IMG/VR virus record: IMGVR_UViG_3300033120_000335
Span: 5,024 to 69,023 of that record
Direction: 5' to 3' (one strand)
DNA: 64,000 bases
DNA from: a virus
Shown: positions 58,407 through 64,000 of the stretch, one piece after another
How positions within the stretch are numbered: position 1 is the first letter of the stretch
Layout: every line of letters starts with the position of its first letter
Notes under the pieces: generated by a model
What the model saw: only the letters and a program-made list of their open reading frames with translations
The model's database searches: none
Told to the model about the DNA's origin: nothing
Program-made: the position numbers and the translations under genes

Positions 58407-59087
58407 TCAGACGCGTGCGTCGTATACGACCTCAGTCTGCACTGAGTCGGGGACCATCTTGAGGATGCCCAAGGTCTGGGACGCTGCGCGTCCGTTTGTG
58501 ACTTCGAGCGAGAAGCCCGAAACGTCAAGCGAAAGTGGCGTGCCAGCGTTGTCAACGTGGCGAGGCATGAGGAACCCGTTCACGGATGCGATGAGGTCCT
58601 GGCCTGTGGCGTAGGTGAGTGAAGCACCTGCCCCGAGTGGTGCAACAGCGATGAGAGCTTGCGTCTCATACAACTTGTTGCCATATGTACCCATGCCGGA
58701 TACATATGGACCCTTGTTCGACGCGGACGCCGGAAGGTTCTCGTAGGGGTTTCCAGCTGCGTTGTTGATGAAACAGCCAAGTGGACGCGTGTTGAATGCG
58801 TTCGTTGCTGAAACAGCAGAGGCAGCTACGGTTACAGGCCCGCCGATGAAGTTGGCTCCAGCATCGGGACGCGTAAACGCGACCGAACCAGAAAGAATAC
58901 CGAAGACCTCAGTGAGGGCTCCAGGTGATGTGGAAATGGTTCCAGCTGTGCGAACGATCGATGGGTTCTGCTGACGGAAAGCATCATCGGTAAGAACTCC
59001 AACGGTATTACGAATACCGACGTGAAGAATTCTTAGCGCGCTGCTGGATTCCGTCCACCCACCGCTCGCCTGTCCAAGCAAAGGCAT
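58407..59087 (-). CDS. Putative capsid decoration/cement protein
   Basis: Directly upstream of MCP, CAGGAG SD, Gly/Ala-rich. Confidence 0.6.
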   Translation of the reverse strand: MPLLGQASGGWTESSSALRILHVGIRNTVGVLTDDAFRQQNPSIVRTAGTISTSPGALTEVFGILSGSVAFTRPDAGANFIGGPVTVAASAVSATNAFNTRPLGCFINNAAGNPYENLPASASNKGPYVSGMGTYGNKLYETQALIAVAPLGAGASLTYATGQDLIASVNGFLMPRHVDNAGTPLSLDVSGFSLEVTNGRAASQTLGILKMVPDSVQTEVVYDARV

Positions 59088-59215
59088 AATTGCTCCTGAC
59101 TCTGCTCCCTGTTGGGAGAGTGGTGTTTTGGGGACTTCTAACCAAACCCGTTTTGGACCATCCGTAACGGTTGACAGGACAACTTCTTTGTGCCCGTCAC
59201 AAGTAAGGAGTCGGT

Positions 59216-59231
59216 ATCAGAGCAAAAACGA
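59216..59231 (-). promoter_or_regulatory. Putative phage late promoter, TCGTT-N7-TGAT
   Basis: Minus strand TCGTT TTTGCTC TGAT between the scaffold terminator and the decoration/MCP operon. Confidence 0.6.
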
Positions 59232-59260
59232 GATTGTTGAAAGATTTTTTCAACCCAAAG

Positions 59261-59293
59261 AAAAAAGGCCAGAAGGGGTGTCCTTCTGGCCTT
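59261..59293 (-). terminator. Intrinsic terminator after the scaffold gene
   Basis: aaggccagaagg...ccttctggcctt with T-tract on the minus strand. Confidence 0.85.
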
Positions 59294-59317
59294 CCAACTG
59301 CTGGTTTCGTGCTGAAA

Positions 59318-60625
59318 TCAGCTACCGAAAACCTTGCTCACATCTGGCGAAGACGCCCACAACTTGGAGAGATCCGAGATCTCAGCCGATGCTGTGCGAG
59401 TTGAGGAAACAGAACCCAATGTCTTTGGTCCCGTTGATGCAACTCGTGGCTTGGGGCTCAAACGAGCTGCCTTCTTGGCAGCTTCCTTGGGATCTTCCTT
59501 CGGCTCGTCCTTCGACTCTTCCTCTTCAGCAGCCTTCTTGGACTTCTTGCCAGCAAACTTGTTGCCGTACACAGCCATCATCTCATCAGCACTAAGACTC
59601 TCGTCCATGCTGTCATCCATGAGAGCCATTGGATCATCTCCAAACTCTTCGTCCAGGTACTCATCGTCCATCAAGTCAGCAAGAACGCCGCCGTCTCCAA
59701 GACCTGCCTTCTTACCAGCAGCCTTGTCCTCGTCGTCTTCGTCCTCGTCGTCCGAAGCTTCCTTGTCAGACTCTTCCTCTTCATCCTCAGACTTCTTGGA
59801 AGCTTCCTTGTCAGACTCTTCCTCTTCGTCCTCAGACTTCTTGGAAGCTTCCTTGTCAGACTCTTCCTCTTCGTCCTCAGACTTCTTGGAAGCCTTCTTG
59901 GCCTCTTCTTCCAACATTGCAGAGAGGAGTCTTTCATCCTCATCCTCGTCAGTTGCAGAACGAAGTTCAGCAGCCTTCTTCTCCCAATGCTCGGCCTGAC
60001 GTCGGAAGTGAGCAGCCTTCTTTGCTGCCTCCTTGTCGTCATCCGCATCCTCATCCTCGTTCTCGTCTTCGGCCATCTTGACAGCCTGGACACCTTCATC
60101 AACGTCATCCTCATCAACCATGAGGTCGTCTGCAAGCAGGTCTTCAGCTGAACGTGGTGGCGTCAACGTCGAGTTGGCTCCCTTCTGTTCTGCAATACGA
60201 CCCAACATTGCCTGAATCTGACGGTCGGAAAGATTCATGAAGTCCAAAGCTTGGTCTTCGATCGCATCAACGGAAGCCTTGCGGCCCAGCATTGCTGTTG
60301 CGATACGGATGCACTTTGCAGCCTTCTGCTGCATCGCAGCCTGAAGATTGCGACTTGCAGCCTTGGACCCACCTGGGAAGTAGTGAGCGGGGTCCGTTGC
60401 AGGATGACCTTGTGGCTCCTGCATTCCAGGATCCGCAGGAGGTGCGGAATTTGGGTATGGACCTGGGTGCACGTCCTCGCCCCACGACGAAGGATCTCCA
60501 GTCATGTACTTGTCAGCGCTTGGCTCAGGCTGATAAGCAGGATGGTTTGTACCCTCATTTGGAGTTGCGGGAGGTGCGGAGGCAGTGTGTGGGTTACTAC
60601 CCCAAGTGGTTCGGCGACGTGTCAT
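59318..60625 (-). CDS. Putative capsid scaffolding protein
   Basis: Highly acidic/Lys-rich, between protease and MCP; hydrophobic C-terminal helix LSKLWASSPDVSKVFGS. Confidence 0.7.
   Translation of the reverse strand: MTRRRTTWGSNPHTASAPPATPNEGTNHPAYQPEPSADKYMTGDPSSWGEDVHPGPYPNSAPPADPGMQEPQGHPATDPAHYFPGGSKAASRNLQAAMQQKAAKCIRIATAMLGRKASVDAIEDQALDFMNLSDRQIQAMLGRIAEQKGANSTLTPPRSAEDLLADDLMVDEDDVDEGVQAVKMAEDENEDEDADDDKEAAKKAAHFRRQAEHWEKKAAELRSATDEDEDERLLSAMLEEEAKKASKKSEDEEEESDKEASKKSEDEEEESDKEASKKSEDEEEESDKEASDDEDEDDEDKAAGKKAGLGDGGVLADLMDDEYLDEEFGDDPMALMDDSMDESLSADEMMAVYGNKFAGKKSKKAAEEEESKDEPKEDPKEAAKKAARLSPKPRVASTGPKTLGSVSSTRTASAEISDLSKLWASSPDVSKVFGS
59754..59894. repeat. About 3 x 42-bp coding repeat (ASKKSEDEEEESDKE)
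   Basis: gaagcttccttgtcagactcttcctcttc(a/g)tcctcagacttcttg repeated. Confidence 0.9.
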
Positions 60626-62058
60626 GACTTCTCCTTGGATCGAATTTCGGCAATTCGCCGAGCGGTTTGATAGGTCCCTAGCAAGGAAGTCAGACGAATC
60701 ATTGTCTGAGCTTCCCCGACGCTAAGTTCTTGGCCTCCGAGAGCAGCTCTCGCAGCCTTGAGGAATTGATCAAGATCCCGATAAGTATCTCGGGCTCCAA
60801 CCCTTAGTGATGCTCTATAGAGAGAAACGGGAACTTGAATACCAATTTCTTGATTCAAGGTAGCTACCCGATTCATCAAATCGGCATCACATGTAGAAGC
60901 ACCCAGAATTGTACGTAGAGAAGCCACATAAGCTCTCTTTGCCAATCTAGCCTGCTTCACCAACGTGTTGTTGGGGGCATCAGACGAAGGAAGCTGAGCT
61001 TCATCCTTCTTGGGTGTCAACTCAGACTTGAGTTGCTCCTTCAAGTTTTCGAGAACGAACTTCTTGAGTTCGGTTTCGATCCCACTCAATGGAGAGCTAC
61101 TTGATGGTACAGGGGATTCGGCTGCTTCAGAAGGCTCCTCGTCACCCTCAAACATGTCAGCACTCTTTGCACGAGCAGACTTCTGAAAAGACAGGTCTGG
61201 AACATCGTGACGGGAGGTGTAGATCTCCTGTATCCTGTTCCCAACCTTAGCCTTCCCGGCCTTAGAATCCACAGTGACTACATTTCGAGCCACAGCACCT
61301 GTGAAAGCAGGTAACTCCACCCAAGAGGCTTCAACGAAAGTCACGCCTCCGGAAGGGTCAATGGATTCATCCCCGCACAACTCCGCAACACGGTACTTGT
61401 GACCGTCCTCCGCAATGAAGGTGTTCCCCTTCTCATGTCGAACGTGATCACAGAACTCAGTCTCATCAGCAGCCCAGTGACCACACCTGGTGCAAGTGCT
61501 GCCCTCAATAGAGCATCCCATTGAGAGGGTGGAGAGGTCCCCTGACTCAATCCTCTTGCATAGCTCTTCGTGCTTTCGATCGTTCGCAACAAGAATGTCG
61601 ATGTAGACTGAATCCCCGACATCCCGAGCTACTGCATCGAGAATACGTCCCTTGCTTAGCTCCTCAATCTGAACGTGCTCAACAAAGGAATGTGCCCCAA
61701 CGAAAGTTGGGTAGGATTTGAGCAGGACGTTGCGGGCCCAGGAATCCTGATTGTTGTTGATGAACTTCTCGCACTCTGCTTTGATGCGGAATGCTGTAGT
61801 CTTGCGAACAATCTTCTTCCCGTTCTCTGTCGTAGCCCCAAGCTTTGCTCTGGGGACATCTACAGTGTCAACGGAAGCTACAATGGTCGCATGCGTCAAG
61901 AGGAACTTAGACGGATCAAACTCCGCATTCAGTATCTTCGACGCCTGATCTACGATGTCTCTACCCGCCCGAATGTTTCCGCTGGCTACTCGGACCCTAT
62001 CCCAATCACGAACGTGGGGAGTGGTCGCCCTAGCTTTGGCGTAACGCAAGAATGCCAT
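60622..62058 (-). CDS. Prohead maturation protease
   Basis: SFVEH, KGRILDA, LSMGC catalytic-Ser-like motif with Cys-rich insertion (CTRCG...FCDH), FVEASWVELPAF. Confidence 0.8.
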   Translation of the reverse strand: MAFLRYAKARATTPHVRDWDRVRVASGNIRAGRDIVDQASKILNAEFDPSKFLLTHATIVASVDTVDVPRAKLGATTENGKKIVRKTTAFRIKAECEKFINNNQDSWARNVLLKSYPTFVGAHSFVEHVQIEELSKGRILDAVARDVGDSVYIDILVANDRKHEELCKRIESGDLSTLSMGCSIEGSTCTRCGHWAADETEFCDHVRHEKGNTFIAEDGHKYRVAELCGDESIDPSGGVTFVEASWVELPAFTGAVARNVVTVDSKAGKAKVGNRIQEIYTSRHDVPDLSFQKSARAKSADMFEGDEEPSEAAESPVPSSSSPLSGIETELKKFVLENLKEQLKSELTPKKDEAQLPSSDAPNNTLVKQARLAKRAYVASLRTILGASTCDADLMNRVATLNQEIGIQVPVSLYRASLRVGARDTYRDLDQFLKAARAALGGQELSVGEAQTMIRLTSLLGTYQTARRIAEIRSKEKS

Positions 62059-62060
62059 AA

Positions 62061-62696
62061 TCAGATCTCCCCTAAGAGGCGATGTCTAAGTTGGTGAGCC
62101 TGAGAGATCTTCCGACGAGTTTCCTCAGAAAGAGGACCTCTCTTCTTCCCAAATTGAGCCTGAGAAATCTTCCTACGAGTTTCTTCAGAGCGTTTCAGTC
62201 CTGTCAATGCTTCTGAGACCTTCTGACAGGTGGTTTCGGATCTTGGGATCCCAACTCTTCTTTGTGCCGCAGCCCGAAGATTTTCAATGTGTTCCTGAGA
62301 CATGGGTCGTTTCTTACCTGCCCAGGGGCCAGGTTTACCCAATTTAGCCACTGACATCTTTCGCTTGGTCTCATTGGACATTGACGAGACTCCAAATGGA
62401 TCGATCGGTTCCAGGTTGTACCCAAATCTACGATCAAACACATTCAAGAGATTGCAGTAAAAACCTTCTCGCTGAGACAAAAGCGTAGGATCAGAAACTT
62501 CTTCCAGAACCTCAAAACGAAAGGACTGCTCACCATACTTTGACCAAGCGGACTGAAGCGCTGGGTTACAATGAACCCCACGACGTAAAGCAGTCCTATG
62601 GGTCCCCCATCGAGTTCGAAAAAGAGATGCCTTTCCTACATAGACCTTACCGTCTAAGAGGTTGAGAATCTGATATATCCCAGACTTGGAAGACAT
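62061..62696 (-). CDS. GIY-YIG homing endonuclease with NUMOD3 repeats
   Basis: SGIYQILN...YVGKA...RW, E and GYN motifs; repeated SEETRRKISQA; TGATG overlap start. Confidence 0.92.
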   Translation of the reverse strand: MSSKSGIYQILNLLDGKVYVGKASLFRTRWGTHRTALRRGVHCNPALQSAWSKYGEQSFRFEVLEEVSDPTLLSQREGFYCNLLNVFDRRFGYNLEPIDPFGVSSMSNETKRKMSVAKLGKPGPWAGKKRPMSQEHIENLRAAAQRRVGIPRSETTCQKVSEALTGLKRSEETRRKISQAQFGKKRGPLSEETRRKISQAHQLRHRLLGEI

Positions 62697-63298
62697 CACT
62701 CCCCCATCCCAATGACATCTCCACGACGTATCATGAACAAGCAATCCCTACAGCAGTAGAGCTTCTCATTCCTCCCATCCTCACGTTTGTAGATTACGCG
62801 AGTCAGCCCAACCCCTTCGCAACGAGGGCAAGATGGTACTTTAGACTTTTGCTCTGACCGTGTCATACGGTACTTGCGGTCTGGTGAGTCCCAGTACAGA
62901 GCCTTTTTGACAAAGGCCTCTAGGACTCGGCTTTCAGAGGCTACAGCACCTCTAAACAAAGCCTCGTTTGTCAGGTCATCCCGTTCATCTTTTGCAAGAG
63001 GACCAGGACCACCCGAGACAGAGACCGTTGGAGTTCCTCCAGGGACAGAGTCCGCTGCGAAATCTCCAAAGTTCTCGAAAGATTCAGACTGGTCAATGAC
63101 CAAGTCTTCCACAGGATGCCTTGAAGACCCGTATGGGAACTGTACGTCCACCATTCCAATCGCAGGCCACACTGCAACGACTGTCCCCCCCGTTGCAGGG
63201 TTACCTCCTAGGAAGGAGTACACACGATCGCCCACAGCAAAAGCAGTTGCTCTTGCCTGAGTATCCACATAGGCGATACGGGGGGAAGTCAAAGTCAC
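62696..63298 (-). CDS. Hypothetical protein with C-terminal zinc ribbon
   Basis: CPRCEG...CCRDC. Confidence 0.65.
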   Translation of the reverse strand: MTLTSPRIAYVDTQARATAFAVGDRVYSFLGGNPATGGTVVAVWPAIGMVDVQFPYGSSRHPVEDLVIDQSESFENFGDFAADSVPGGTPTVSVSGGPGPLAKDERDDLTNEALFRGAVASESRVLEAFVKKALYWDSPDRKYRMTRSEQKSKVPSCPRCEGVGLTRVIYKREDGRNEKLYCCRDCLFMIRRGDVIGMGE

Positions 63299-63897
63299 TT
63301 TCCTTCAAAGAGACCAAAGAGGGATGCAGTCTTCTCAGACTCGTCCTCCTCCTCATCCTTCTTGTCGTCCTTCGGTGGGAATGGGTTGACACCCTTCTCA
63401 GGCTTCCCTGCCGTCTTGGACTCGTCCTTGTCTTCCTTCTTCTCGTCCTTCGGTGGGAATGGGTTGACACCCTTCTCAGGCTTCCCTGCCGTCTTGGCCC
63501 CACGCTCAGAAAGAACTGTGAAAGCAAGCTTGCCTGCTTCCTTTGCCACAAGGCTCGCGAGCTTCGGGTCCACACCAGAACCAAGGGATCCACTCATCTG
63601 CTTTGAAGCAAGTTCTGTGAACTTCTGCTGTGTGAACTCACCATTCATGAATGGGTTGTTGGGGTCCATCTCAAGAGGACCTGGGACGGTCTCCCCAATC
63701 TGAGCTGGGTTGTAGAAACCAGCAACTCGACGCTCAATTGCGTCTGAGAGCAGGTCACAACGTTGTGCAAAGTCTGCTGCTACCTTGGCTGGAATGCCAA
63801 GAGATGCGGCATGGTTTTCGAACAACGATGCGATGTTGTCCAGGCTGGCGGTAACACGACGCGCGCCCTGTACAGAAGCCTTCTTACCAGTAGTCAT
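63295..63897 (-). CDS. Putative internal head protein
   Basis: Charged; duplicated KTAGKPEKGVNPFPPKD; several K-x-A-S/G sites. Confidence 0.6.
   Translation of the reverse strand: MTTGKKASVQGARRVTASLDNIASLFENHAASLGIPAKVAADFAQRCDLLSDAIERRVAGFYNPAQIGETVPGPLEMDPNNPFMNGEFTQQKFTELASKQMSGSLGSGVDPKLASLVAKEAGKLAFTVLSERGAKTAGKPEKGVNPFPPKDEKKEDKDESKTAGKPEKGVNPFPPKDDKKDEEEDESEKTASLFGLFEGK
63364..63497. repeat. Two copies of a ~50-bp coding repeat
   Basis: tcgtccttcggtgggaatgggttgacacccttctcaggcttccctgccgtcttgg twice. Confidence 0.9.
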
Positions 63898-63971
63898 TGA
63901 GTCTCTCCACGCTTGTTGCCAAGCATCGTTTGGGAAAAGGGTGCAGAGACACCCTACCTTCAGGTCTTGGA

Positions 63972-63987
63972 ATAGCCGAATTACCTA
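63972..63987 (-). promoter_or_regulatory. Possible late promoter (one mismatch)
   Basis: Minus strand TAGGT AATTCGG CTAT upstream of the head operon. Confidence 0.45.
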
Positions 63988-64000
63988 GATCAGAATCAAA

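Noticed and set aside
59334..60135. Long alternative-frame and antisense ORFs over the scaffold
   Set aside because: By-products of low-complexity repeats; the same applies to most plus-strand ORFs shadowing minus-strand genes
1..64000. tRNA/rRNA genes, integrase, portal, terminase, alternative genetic code
   Set aside because: None recognised by eye; long intact ORFs with tight packing fit the standard code; portal and terminase probably lie outside the window

Overview
The window is a segment of a large, contractile-tailed (myovirus-like) bacteriophage genome, almost entirely coded on the minus strand. Read right to left it holds a head module (prohead protease, acidic scaffold, decoration protein, 292-aa major capsid protein, with free-standing GIY-YIG and LAGLIDADG endonucleases), a cassette of probable virion accessory/fibre proteins, a head-tail adaptor, an accessory region (HU, S24-like peptidase, three HExxH metallopeptidases, TPR protein, lipoprotein, VWA protein, methyltransferase-like protein), then neck genes, an actin-like ATPase, a 1651-aa sheath, tube, chaperones, tape measure and a baseplate hub with a muramidase domain. 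No portal, terminase, integrase, RNA genes or CRISPR array were recognised. The most interesting signal is a portable ~25-aa tag, LRSxxIRLAHxxPxLRxxLLPLL, usually followed by K-x-A, on six mostly unrelated proteins including two of the metallopeptidases. Each locus carrying the tag sits behind a conserved TCG(T/G)T-N7-(CT/TG)AT element shared with structural operons. Together these suggest a capsid-targeting and protease-release system for packaged effector proteins (inference). Myxobacterial-style genes hint at a Myxococcota host. All function calls come from motif recognition and synteny only; no database searches were run.
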